This document shows positions 18,031-26,990 of a DNA stretch of 38,263 nucleotides, piece after piece; position 1 is the stretch's first letter, and each line of letters starts with the position of its first letter. The notes beneath the pieces are model-generated. The model worked only from the letters and a program-made list of their open reading frames with translations, made no database searches and was not told the origin of the DNA. This stretch comes from Myxococcota bacterium. GTDB lineage: Bacteria; Myxococcota_C; UBA6777. The stretch is taken from positions 1-38,263 of the forward strand of contig JAKLKB010000141.1 of NCBI GenBank assembly GCA_023150835.1. The letters run 5' to 3'. Made by a program: the position numbers and the translations under genes.

Positions 18031-18059
18031 TTGACTTTTTCAAAAGCATGCGCTACATA
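18031..18059 (+). promoter_or_regulatory. Putative sigma70 promoter for tRNA-His
   Basis: TTGACT-17 nt-TACATA, about 19 nt upstream of the tRNA. Confidence 0.5.
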
Positions 18060-18077
18060 CGTTGCTGCTTTCGGCAC

Positions 18078-18152
18078 GGCGAACATAGCTCAGTTGGTTA
18101 GAGCATCGGATTGTGGTTCCGAGGGTCGTGGGTTCGAATCCCATTGTTCGCC
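18078..18152 (+). tRNA. tRNA-His (GTG)
   Basis: Cloverleaf with acceptor GCGAACA/TGTTCGC, anticodon arm TCGGA-TTGTGGT-TCCGA, TTCGAAT T-loop and the G-1:C73 His identity pair. A complete CCA is not encoded. Confidence 0.97.
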
Positions 18153-18206
18153 CATATTTATCCAATTTTTTCAGATCAGTTTTCTGCTTTAAGGCATCCC
18201 TTGCCA

Positions 18207-18246
18207 AAAAAAACAACCCGACCCCAAACGTCGGGTTTTTTTGTTT
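18207..18246 (+). terminator. Intrinsic terminator after tRNA-His (possibly bidirectional)
   Basis: AACCCGAC-cccaaac-GTCGGGTT stem followed by a T-run and preceded by an A-run. Confidence 0.75.
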
Positions 18247-18443
18247 GCAAACACCACCTGCCCTCTTCCGTCCCCACCCATGCCCTTCTTTTCATACGCT
18301 CGCCGCATCTCTTCGAGCTCCTTCCTATTCCCCTTCTTGCGCTTTCTTTGTATCTTGCGACCCCAACGCCCCCAAAATGCGTACCTACGCTCGGTGGCCT
18401 CTTCGTTTCTTTCACTCCATGACGACCCAAGGAGACTTTTTTG

Positions 18444-19829
18444 ATGAAGAAAGCATCGATCCCTTCGGGGACACGCGATTTTCTACCCGAACAGATGCGC
18501 CAACGGCTCTATGTGATCAACAAGATCAAAGGCATCTTTGAGCGGTTTGGCTACGAGCCGATGGAGACGCCCTCGATCGAAAAGTGGGAAGTCCTCCAAG
18601 GCAAACTTGGCGAAGAAGGCGAACAACTCTTGTTCAAGATCCTTCGACGTGGAACAACGGTCGAAGATCTGCGCCTTGGTCGCACCCAAAGCGTCACCTT
18701 CGAAGCCTTTGATGATCTCGTCGATTTAGCGCTGCGCTACGATCTCACCGTCCCCTTCAGTCGCGTCCTCGCCATGTACGGACAACTGCCCAAACCCTTC
18801 AAGCGCTACCAGATCCAACCTGTCTGGCGCGCAGATCGCCCACAAAAAGGCCGCTACCGCGAGTTTTACCAATGCGACGTCGATATCGCTGGAACCGAGT
18901 CGATCCTCGCCGATACAGAGATCGTCACCATCGTCTACACAGCCCTCAAAGAGCTTGGTTTCCCCGCCTTCCGCATCCGCCTAAATCACCGCAAACTACT
19001 CAATGGCCTTGTCTCCGCAGCAGGCGGTGCCGCTCACTTCAAAGATATCTGCATCGCCATCGACAAACTCGATAAGATCGGCGAAGACGGCGTCCGAAAA
19101 GAACTCCTTGATCGCGGAATCACCGAAGAGACCGCAAATAACCTGTTTTCATGGATGGGCCTCAAAGACGAGCCGCTCGCACTGATCGAACGTTTGCGAC
19201 CGATTATCGGCGATCATGCAGATGGTCAAGCAGGTCTCCAAGACCTTCAATCCCTCTACAACGCCCTGATCGCCCAAGACCTCGATCTGCGTTGCATCCC
19301 GCTCGACCTCTCTCTCGTCCGAGGACTCGATTACTACACAGGCCCGATCTTTGAAGCTGTCGTAGACGAACCCGCCATCGGTAGCCTCAGCGGTGGAGGC
19401 CGTTATGACAAGCTGATCGGCAAGTTCTCTGGGAACGATACCCCCGCAGTCGGCGCAACCATCGGCCTAGAGCGCATCATCGATGTGATGCAAGAACTCG
19501 GTCTGCTCAACGCCCTCCCCCCCAAAACGCAAGTCCTTGTCACCGTCTTTTCAGATGACTTCCTCCCGCACTCTTTGCGTTTCGCACAATCTCTTCGCGC
19601 CCAAGGCATCTGCGCGGAACTCCACCTCAAAGGGGCCTCCAAGATCAACAAACAGATCAAATACGCCAACGATCGCGCCATCCCGATCATCGCGATCCTC
19701 GGTCCCGAAGAAGTCGCCCAAAACAACGTCCAACTTCGCACCGGCCCCACCGAGCAGATCACTCTCCCCCAAACCGAAGCACCCCAACAAATCCGCACTC
19801 TCTGGCAACGACTTTTTCCAAATACCTAA
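18444..19829 (+). CDS. hisS: Histidine--tRNA ligase
   Basis: GTRDFLP, ALRYDLTVP, VWRADRPQKGRYREFYQCDVD, LVRGLDYYTG, GGGRYDKL and a C-terminal anticodon-binding domain; AAGGAG RBS. Confidence 0.97.
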   Translation: MKKASIPSGTRDFLPEQMRQRLYVINKIKGIFERFGYEPMETPSIEKWEVLQGKLGEEGEQLLFKILRRGTTVEDLRLGRTQSVTFEAFDDLVDLALRYDLTVPFSRVLAMYGQLPKPFKRYQIQPVWRADRPQKGRYREFYQCDVDIAGTESILADTEIVTIVYTALKELGFPAFRIRLNHRKLLNGLVSAAGGAAHFKDICIAIDKLDKIGEDGVRKELLDRGITEETANNLFSWMGLKDEPLALIERLRPIIGDHADGQAGLQDLQSLYNALIAQDLDLRCIPLDLSLVRGLDYYTGPIFEAVVDEPAIGSLSGGGRYDKLIGKFSGNDTPAVGATIGLERIIDVMQELGLLNALPPKTQVLVTVFSDDFLPHSLRFAQSLRAQGICAELHLKGASKINKQIKYANDRAIPIIAILGPEEVAQNNVQLRTGPTEQITLPQTEAPQQIRTLWQRLFPNT

Positions 19830-19850
19830 GCGCGACGCGATGCGGTAAGT

Positions 19851-19980
19851 TTTGTGGGACGTTGCCCCACACCCCACAAGGGAGCCAAGCCCCCTTGACC
19901 CCAAGAGGGGCGAACAGATCAATTGTTTTCCAAACGAACGACTCTGTCGCTTGAGGCGGCACGAACACGGCTTTTTTGGG
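19851..19980 (+). repeat. Dispersed hairpin-rich repeat, copy C
   Basis: GTGGGACGTTGCCCCACACCCCACAAGGGAGCCAAGCCCCTTGACCCC...GCGAACAGATC...ACTCTGTCGCTTGAGGCGGCACGAACACGG. Confidence 0.85.
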
Positions 19981-20103
19981 CCAGCTACGTAACTCCCATA
20001 CGGATCGATCCGATGCACATACCCTTCCAGCGGCACGAACACGGCTTTTTTGGGCCAACTGCGTAACTCTCATACGGATCGATCCGATGCACATACCCTT
20101 CCA
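19956..20103 (+). repeat. 74-bp tandem duplication starting inside repeat copy C
   Basis: GCGGCACGAACACGG...CACATACCCTTCCA at 19956 and 20030, with 3 mismatches. Confidence 0.9.
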
Positions 20104-20208
20104 AAAGATATCGTTTTAGACACCTTCTGACACCTAAAACCCCCTATCCATCGAAAAAACAACAAAGACCACCCGTCCCTTGCCATCCACCCCAACAGAG
20201 GAAAGATC

Positions 20209-20685
20209 ATGCCCGGACGTTATTTTGAAGAACTCGAAGTCGGAGATATCCTGCAACATCGGCTCGGTCGAACCCTAACAGAGACAGACAACGTCTTGTT
20301 TTCCGCCCTCACCATGAATCCTCAACCCCTCCATCTCAACGAGGATTACGCCCAAAAAACACAGTTTGGCCGCCGTCTTGTCAACGGCATCTTCACACTT
20401 GGCCTTGCTGTCGGGATCACCGTGTACGATCTCACCGAAGGAACCCTCGTCGCGAACCTTAGCTACGAAAGCGTTCGACACCCTCACCCTCTGTTTCATG
20501 GCGACACACTCTACGTCACCACCGAAGTCATCGAAAAACGCGCCTCCCAATCCAAGCCCGATCGCGGTATCGTGCGCTTTCGTCATATCGGACGAAACCA
20601 AGATGGCGTCGTCGTCTTGGAATGCGAGCGCACCGCCATGATGTTGCGTCGCCTCGAAGAAACCGATCACGGAGATCATAAATGA
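20209..20685 (+). CDS. MaoC-family dehydratase (hotdog fold)
   Basis: GRYFEEL.VG, RTLTETDN.LF, NPQPLHLNEDYA and HPLFHGDTL motifs; GAGG RBS. Confidence 0.92.
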   Translation: MPGRYFEELEVGDILQHRLGRTLTETDNVLFSALTMNPQPLHLNEDYAQKTQFGRRLVNGIFTLGLAVGITVYDLTEGTLVANLSYESVRHPHPLFHGDTLYVTTEVIEKRASQSKPDRGIVRFRHIGRNQDGVVVLECERTAMMLRRLEETDHGDHK

Positions 20686-21560
20686 AGCCACCACGCCGTT
20701 CTATGCTTTTTATGCCGGGAGACAGCTTGCGCAAGATCGCCAAAGCCGCCTCTCTTGCGGCAGATTGTATCGTCATGGATCTCGAAGATGGCGTTGCGTT
20801 GAACCAAAAAGACGAAGCACGCCAAACCATCGGACGCGCCTTCCAAGAAGTAGACTTTGGCCGCCGCGAAAAATTGATCCGCATCAACCCCCTCCCCTCG
20901 GGCATGGCCTACGAAGATATCCACACCACCGTCCGCCACCAACCCGACGGTTATGTCGTCCCCAAAGTCGAATCTCCCGAGCAGATCAAAGAGATCGACG
21001 CGATCCTGCGCCAACTCGAACATCAACACGGCTATCCTGCCCAAAGTATCGGGCTTTATGCCGTGATCGAAAGCGCCTTGGGCGTCTTGCACGTGGGCAA
21101 GATCGCTGGCGCAAGCCCGCGTCTTCGCGCTTTGATGTTTGGTGCAGAAGATCTCGCAGGGGATATCGGTGCAACGCGAACAGACGAAGGATGGGAAGTT
21201 TATTATGCCCGAAGTGCGGTCGTCACAGCCGCCGCCGCATATCGCCTTGATCCGATCGACACCGTACATCCCGATTTCAACGATCCAGAAGGTCTGATCC
21301 GAGAATGTAAAAAAGCCCGTCAGATGGGATACACGGGAAAGATGGCGATCCACCCCAACCAAGTCGACACCATGAACCAAGCCTTCTCCCCAACCCCCCA
21401 AGAGATATCTCGCGCACAACGCCTTCTCCAAGCCAATGACGAGCAACAAGCCCTTGGCATCGGCGCTTTCGCCTTTGAAGGCAAGATGGTTGATATGCCC
21501 ATGATCCGACACGCAGAGCGCATCCTTCAAAGCGCCAAGATCATCGGCTTGCTTGATTGA
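20682..21560 (+). CDS. CitE-like CoA ester lyase (HpcH/HpaI aldolase family)
   Basis: RRSMLFMPG, DLEDGV, PKVES, IESALG, FGAEDL and GKMAIHPNQ motifs; overlaps the MaoC gene by 4 nt. Confidence 0.93.
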   Translation: MKPPRRSMLFMPGDSLRKIAKAASLAADCIVMDLEDGVALNQKDEARQTIGRAFQEVDFGRREKLIRINPLPSGMAYEDIHTTVRHQPDGYVVPKVESPEQIKEIDAILRQLEHQHGYPAQSIGLYAVIESALGVLHVGKIAGASPRLRALMFGAEDLAGDIGATRTDEGWEVYYARSAVVTAAAAYRLDPIDTVHPDFNDPEGLIRECKKARQMGYTGKMAIHPNQVDTMNQAFSPTPQEISRAQRLLQANDEQQALGIGAFAFEGKMVDMPMIRHAERILQSAKIIGLLD

Positions 21561-21625
21561 TTCGCAGTTTACAAGGCTCGGATACACGGCTTTTTGCAAG
21601 ATCGCCACACGTAGGAGTTTTTTTG

Positions 21626-24600
21626 ATGCAATCGACTTCTTTTGATCGTAGAACCTACACGAAGGATGCGAAGACCAGCCGATGGATGGCGGCCTTTTTG
21701 ATCGGCATTTGGCTCAGTGGCCTGTTCTCTCAACACGCGGATGCTCAACCCGCGTCTCGTCCTGCTTCTCGCCCCGCTGCTTCGGCCAAAAAACCGCCAC
21801 CTTTGCCGTCTTCGACGATCCGCTTTCAAACCAACGAAGGCACATGGATGAATCTCGACCTCTCCCCAGACGGCAAGATCCTTGTGTTTAACTTGTTGGG
21901 CGATCTCTATACCCTCCCTGTATCGGGCGGAATCGCCACGCGCCTTACCCAAGGCCCTGCTTATGATGTCCAACCCCGCTTCTCTCCAGACGGAAAACAC
22001 ATCCTCTTTACGAGTGATCGTGGCGGATGCGACAATACTTGGATCATGGATCGTGACGGCAGACATCCCCGCCCGCTGACTCAACACAAATACGTCACCG
22101 CCAACTCTCCCGTCTTTTCGCCCGATGGTCGGTACTTTGTGAATCGTCGAAGGATCACCGATCGTAGCAGTATCGGAACCGTCGAGATCTGGCTTCATCA
22201 TACCCTCGGTGGAGCGGGCATCCAACTCACCAAAGGCAGCCAGATCGGAGATGGCAACGATCCTGCTTTTTCCGCCGACGGCAAACACCTTTACTTCGCA
22301 AGCCGCCCTCGCTTTGTGTACGATCGCAATATCCACCACGGCATCTGGAAGATCGAACGCCTTGATCTCAGCACACACAAACGCATCACCATCACACAAA
22401 ATGCCGCTCGACCCACCCCCTCACCCGATGGAAGGTGGCTGGCTTTTGTCCGGCGTGTCGGTGCAAAAACAGCCCTGATGTTGCACGATCTACACGACGG
22501 CAGCGAGCGTATGCTCGTCGATCATCTCGACAAAGATCTCCAAGAAAACTTCGCCGCAGGCGGCACCTACCCCTCCTTTGCATGGACTTCCGACGCCAAA
22601 CACCTGTATTATACGGCCCAAGGCGGTTTTTGGCGCAAGTCCCTCGACCCAGCACCCGCCCTACGCATCCCCTTCACCGCCGAGATCGAACAACAAGTCA
22701 CCCACGCCCTACGCTTTTCTTATAAACTTCCCCGCAAAAGCTTTCTCGCAAAGATGCTGCGTTGGGTACGACTCTCTCCAAATGCCGATCGTGTCTTGTT
22801 CGGTGCTGTCGGTCGGATCTGGCAAGCCCCTTGGCCCCAAGCTCAACCCATCACCCCGATCACTCCTGCCCACATCCTCGCCTATTCTCCGACGTTTTCC
22901 CATGACGGAAACGCCCTTGCTTACGTCACTTGGGACGACAAGACCAAAGGGCAGATTTGGCTCCAAGAGCGCCTTGCCAACGGAAGCTACAGCCCCCCCC
23001 AACGCCTCACACGCCTCCCTGCTCAATACGCCAACCCGACCTTTTCCCACGACGGACAATCCATTGCATTCCTCAAAACCAGCGGCGCAAGCGCCCGTGG
23101 ACTCAGCCTCAGCAACGAACCTTGGTTAGAGATATCGCTACTTCATCGCAAAACCCAACAGATCCGCCATGTCCTTTATCTCGACAATCGCGGCGCGATC
23201 TCGCGGATGCCGCAGCCACAGTTCTCACAAGATGACAAACGCCTGTATTTTACGCGTGTTGCGTACACAAAACACAAACGATCTTTGCTGTTGGTCTCCA
23301 CAAGGCTCGATGGTTCGGATGAAAAACAACACATCCGTATCTACGGCGGCGAAGAGATGAGCGTCTCGCCCGATGAACGCTGGCTGCTGTTCCGTCACTT
23401 GCATCATATCTTCCTCACACCCCTTCCCATCGGACAAAGCAACGCCGTTGTTCTCGGTATCAACGACAATCAAACCAATGCAACCGTCCTTCCGACGCTT
23501 CAGCTTTCTAAAGATGGCGGCAGCTATCCCGCATGGACACGCGACGGGCGCATGACGTGGAGCCTCGGCCCCAACCTCTACTCCATGCCTTTGCAAGAAG
23601 CCATCTCCCTTCTACAACGACGGTTGGCCGCCAACGGAAACGGCGATGGCAAGGGAAAAACCAAACAAGACACTTCCTCACTTCAACCCAAGCCGCAGCG
23701 CCATCCCCTCCGTCTCCTCCTGCCTATCGCACAACCCACACCAACACTCGCCTTCACCAACCTCCGCATCCTGACCATGGGTCCACAAGGCATCCTTCCC
23801 AACGGCACGATCCTCACTCAAGGCGATCAGATCCTTGCGGTGGGACCGACATCTTCGATCTCCATCCCCCCAGATGCCCGTATCATCGACATGAAAGGGC
23901 AGACCGCCACCCCCGGCTTCGTCGATACACACGCCCATCTCCATTACAACGCCCTTGATATCCACCCCCAAAAGATCTCTGAGTACTACGCCAATCTTTC
24001 TTATGGCGTGACCACAGCACACGATCCTTCCGCAAGTACCGAACTGGTCTTCTCTCTTGCCGAGCGCGTCCGCGCAGGGATGACCGTCGGGCCGCGCATC
24101 TTCTCCACAGGCTTCATCCTCTACGGGGCCGAGATCCAACAAAAAGCCGTGATCCGCAGCCTTGAAGACGCCCGACAGCACATCCGACGCCTTAAAGCCC
24201 TTGGCGCGCTCTCCGTCAAAAGCTATATGCAGCCCGCCCGACAGCAACGCCAATGGGTGATCCGCGCCGCTCACGAAGAAAAGATCCTCGTCTTCCCCGA
24301 AGGTGGCGGACATCTCGAAATGAACCTCGGCATGATCCTCGACGGACACACCGGCATCGAACACGCTCTCCCCGTCGTTCCGCTCTATCGCGACGTCGTA
24401 CAACTTTTCGCACGCAGCCAAACAGGTTACACCCCCACGCTTCTTGTCGCCTACGGCGGTATCTCTGGTGAAAACTACTTCTACCAACATCAATCCGTCT
24501 GGAACGATCCACGCATGAAACGCTTCTTTCCTCCCCGACTCCTCGACGCCATCGGACGCAGGCGCCCCGTCCTTGTCATGGATCAACAATGGCATCACGA

Positions 24601-24979
24601 TCGTGTCGCAGCTTCCGCACGAAAGATCACACAAGCAGGTGGCTTGGTCCTCCTTGGCGCTCACGGACAACTCCAAGGACTCGGTTATCACTGGGAAATG
24701 AAAGCACTCGCCCAAGGCGGCTACACCCCCCTCCAAGTCCTGCGCGCCGCCACCCTACACGGTGCCCAATACATCGGGCTCCAACACGATATCGGCTCCA
24801 TCCAAGTCGGCAAACGCGCCGATATCCTCTTCTTCCCCAAGGACCCTTCCCTCACCCTCGATCACCTTTCCTCCCTCCAATTCGTCCTCTCCCACGGCAA
24901 GCTCTACCACGCCCCCGATATGGCACAGATCCAACCCACCAAACGCCCACCCCCCCGCTTCCATTGGCACACCCGATAG
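21626..24979 (+). CDS. Secreted amidohydrolase with N-terminal PD40/TolB-like beta-propellers
   Basis: Signal peptide; multiple FSPDG-type repeats; PGFVDTHAH metal motif, GIEH and LGAHGQLQG. ATG 21626 with AGGAG RBS. Confidence 0.9.
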   Translation: MQSTSFDRRTYTKDAKTSRWMAAFLIGIWLSGLFSQHADAQPASRPASRPAASAKKPPPLPSSTIRFQTNEGTWMNLDLSPDGKILVFNLLGDLYTLPVSGGIATRLTQGPAYDVQPRFSPDGKHILFTSDRGGCDNTWIMDRDGRHPRPLTQHKYVTANSPVFSPDGRYFVNRRRITDRSSIGTVEIWLHHTLGGAGIQLTKGSQIGDGNDPAFSADGKHLYFASRPRFVYDRNIHHGIWKIERLDLSTHKRITITQNAARPTPSPDGRWLAFVRRVGAKTALMLHDLHDGSERMLVDHLDKDLQENFAAGGTYPSFAWTSDAKHLYYTAQGGFWRKSLDPAPALRIPFTAEIEQQVTHALRFSYKLPRKSFLAKMLRWVRLSPNADRVLFGAVGRIWQAPWPQAQPITPITPAHILAYSPTFSHDGNALAYVTWDDKTKGQIWLQERLANGSYSPPQRLTRLPAQYANPTFSHDGQSIAFLKTSGASARGLSLSNEPWLEISLLHRKTQQIRHVLYLDNRGAISRMPQPQFSQDDKRLYFTRVAYTKHKRSLLLVSTRLDGSDEKQHIRIYGGEEMSVSPDERWLLFRHLHHIFLTPLPIGQSNAVVLGINDNQTNATVLPTLQLSKDGGSYPAWTRDGRMTWSLGPNLYSMPLQEAISLLQRRLAANGNGDGKGKTKQDTSSLQPKPQRHPLRLLLPIAQPTPTLAFTNLRILTMGPQGILPNGTILTQGDQILAVGPTSSISIPPDARIIDMKGQTATPGFVDTHAHLHYNALDIHPQKISEYYANLSYGVTTAHDPSASTELVFSLAERVRAGMTVGPRIFSTGFILYGAEIQQKAVIRSLEDARQHIRRLKALGALSVKSYMQPARQQRQWVIRAAHEEKILVFPEGGGHLEMNLGMILDGHTGIEHALPVVPLYRDVVQLFARSQTGYTPTLLVAYGGISGENYFYQHQSVWNDPRMKRFFPPRLLDAIGRRRPVLVMDQQWHHDRVAASARKITQAGGLVLLGAHGQLQGLGYHWEMKALAQGGYTPLQVLRAATLHGAQYIGLQHDIGSIQVGKRADILFFPKDPSLTLDHLSSLQFVLSHGKLYHAPDMAQIQPTKRPPPRFHWHTR

Positions 24980-25047
24980 CCCACACACCCTACGCCCACA
25001 CACCCTACGCCCACACACCCTACGCCCACACACCCTACGCCCACACA
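24979..25047. repeat. 15-bp tandem repeat, ~4.6 copies
   Basis: GCCCACACACCCTAC units from 24979. Confidence 0.95.
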
Positions 25048-25081
25048 ACTCCCCACCATCCATCGATCCGCTTGGCCCTGT

Positions 25082-25215
25082 TTCGTGGGGTTACACCCCA
25101 CACCCCGCAAGGGAGCGCGGCTCCCTTGGCCCCGTATCGGCGAAGAGATCACCAGCTTTTCACACAGACGACTCTGTCGCTCGAAGTGCCCCAAACACGG
25201 GGTTTCACCACAACA
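25082..25215 (+). repeat. Dispersed hairpin-rich repeat, copy D
   Basis: GTGGGGTTACACCCCACACCCCGCAAGGGAGCGCGGCTCCCTTGGCCCCGTAT...ACTCTGTCGCTCGAAG...AAACACGGGG. Confidence 0.85.
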
Positions 25216-25669
25216 ACACGCAGATCGCAGCACCCCAAACACGAGGGTCGCCACAACAACACACAGAAAATTCGACACGCCACACAAGCTGCTCCACGCT
25301 CACAACAAGATCCTGCTTGATGAGGCTTGCTTTTCTTGTCCCACAACCGCCGATCCTTCGATCTTTTCATCGCACTTGCTTCCCCCACAAGCCTCTTCAC
25401 CAAGCCCCATCCCATGATCTCTGCCCTGCCCACAACAAATCGGCTCAACACCCCTGAATCTTCTGATCTACGCCTCTGTTTGATCACAGACTACACAAAG
25501 ATTCCTCTTTTATACCGTTTCTCAGGTATCAAAACCAAAAACTCTTTTTAGATTTTTTCTAGTCCTTGACTTCGATTCTTTTCTGACCATGCTCTTTGAC
25601 AATTAAGAAAACTACTCATTTATTCAGATCCCCCCACCCGTCTTCCGCTCTGATGCCCTCTCAAAAAAG

Positions 25670-26478
25670 TTATCCACAGAAAAAATCAATATAAAACAAA
25701 TAGATACAGAGTTATCCACAGAGTTATCCACAGAGTTATCCACAGCTAAACAAATAGACAGACCATCGGAACCTCAAAAAGCACATATCCACAGAGATAT
25801 CCACAGAGAAAGCTAAAACAAAACAAATAGATACAGAGTTATCCACAGAGTTATCCACAGAGTTATCCACAGCTAAACAAACGCTTCGTAAGACGATCTT
25901 GCGAGATCACGCAAAAAGATCAGTTTTCCACAAAGAAAAAAGAGACAAAACAAAGCCTTGCCGAGTTATCCACAGAGTTATCCACAGCCCTTTGGCCCGA
26001 TCGCGAGGTGAAAGGCAAAAAGAACACAAAAGACTATACAAAAAAGCAGTTCACTAAGACTAAAACGAAAAACTTAACAGATTTTCACGTTCAAAATGAA
26101 AAAGTTGACACATAATAATGAAAGAAAACAGATACATGCATTTTCGTGCATAAAGCACGTTTCAGGCACGTTGCAAATATGTTTCATTTTGTTTCAAATT
26201 TTGGTTGCAAATATGAAATTGCTTATCAAGAACAAATAAATAGGAGGTGAAATTATAGTCTTTTTATGTGTGGATAACTCGGCCAAAATTGTGGATAACT
26301 CGGCCAAAATTGTGGATATCTCTGTGGATATCTTTGTGGATTATTCAGTCCTATGCAAAAAGCTGCATAGAGTTATCCACAGGGTTTGGGAGTTATCCAC
26401 AGATATCCACAGAGTTATCCACAGAGTTATCCACAGGGTGTCCTGAATGAAATCAAGGAGTTAATTGAGTTATCCACA
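25670..26478. promoter_or_regulatory. oriC: DnaA-box array, probable chromosomal replication origin (oriC)
   Basis: Perfect TTATCCACA at 25670, 25712, 25724, 25736, 25839, 25851, 25863, 25966, 25978, 26373, 26393, 26415, 26427 and 26470, and in reverse at 26269 and 26290. One-mismatch boxes at 25785, 25797, 25924, 26311, 26323, 26335 and 26403. AT-rich spacer at ~26010-26265; visible C-rich to G-rich strand switch across the region. Confidence 0.85.
26451..26463 (+). promoter_or_regulatory. IHF consensus site
   Basis: AATCAAGGAGTTA matches WATCAANNNNTTR exactly and lies between the last two DnaA boxes. Confidence 0.55.
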
Positions 26479-26990
26479 GAAAAACGGCTCATCTGATACG
26501 GATACGGTTGACACACAAGTTTTAAATTTTGTGTTTTATTCAGCAGCCGAAACGCGCATAGCGCACGTATACATGCACGCGCGTACGCACAGCGCCAGCC
26601 CAACTTAGGCACTGTTCGTTTGTTTCCTGTTTTTTTGTATCGTTTTTGTGTCTACGCGTACACGAGAGAGTGACCTTGGAGGTGAGTTGTTTTGCAATGC
26701 GTTTTCTTTGCGTTTGGAGGCGATTTTGAGGTATCGCGAAGGGTAGGTATCGTTTTTTCTTTTAAGAGTGATTCTCGATGCCTTTGCGTGCGTTTTTTGA
26801 GGATGTGATTTTTTGCAAAAAATTTTTGTATCGAAAAGGCGTCAAGGCGACCGAAAGGGGTGGTTTGTGTAGGGCGGGAAGGTGTGGGAAGCGAAGATGT
26901 AGTGAGTAAAAAAGACGTACTTCATTGTAAGACAAGTCTGAGGAAGGATCACCAAAGAAAGCGCAGATGGGCTGCGATGTGGCGGCTGGT

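Noticed and set aside
18078-18250. Prophage or island integrated at tRNA-His
   Set aside because: No integrase and no duplicated tRNA 3' end; hisS follows directly.
26268-26450. 60-aa ORF (MWITRPKLWIT...)
   Set aside because: It is a translation of DnaA-box repeats, with no coding signal.
25550-26760. parS site or plasmid iteron origin
   Set aside because: No TGTTNCACGTGAAACA-like palindrome was seen and there is no Rep gene; the repeats are DnaA boxes among core chromosomal genes.
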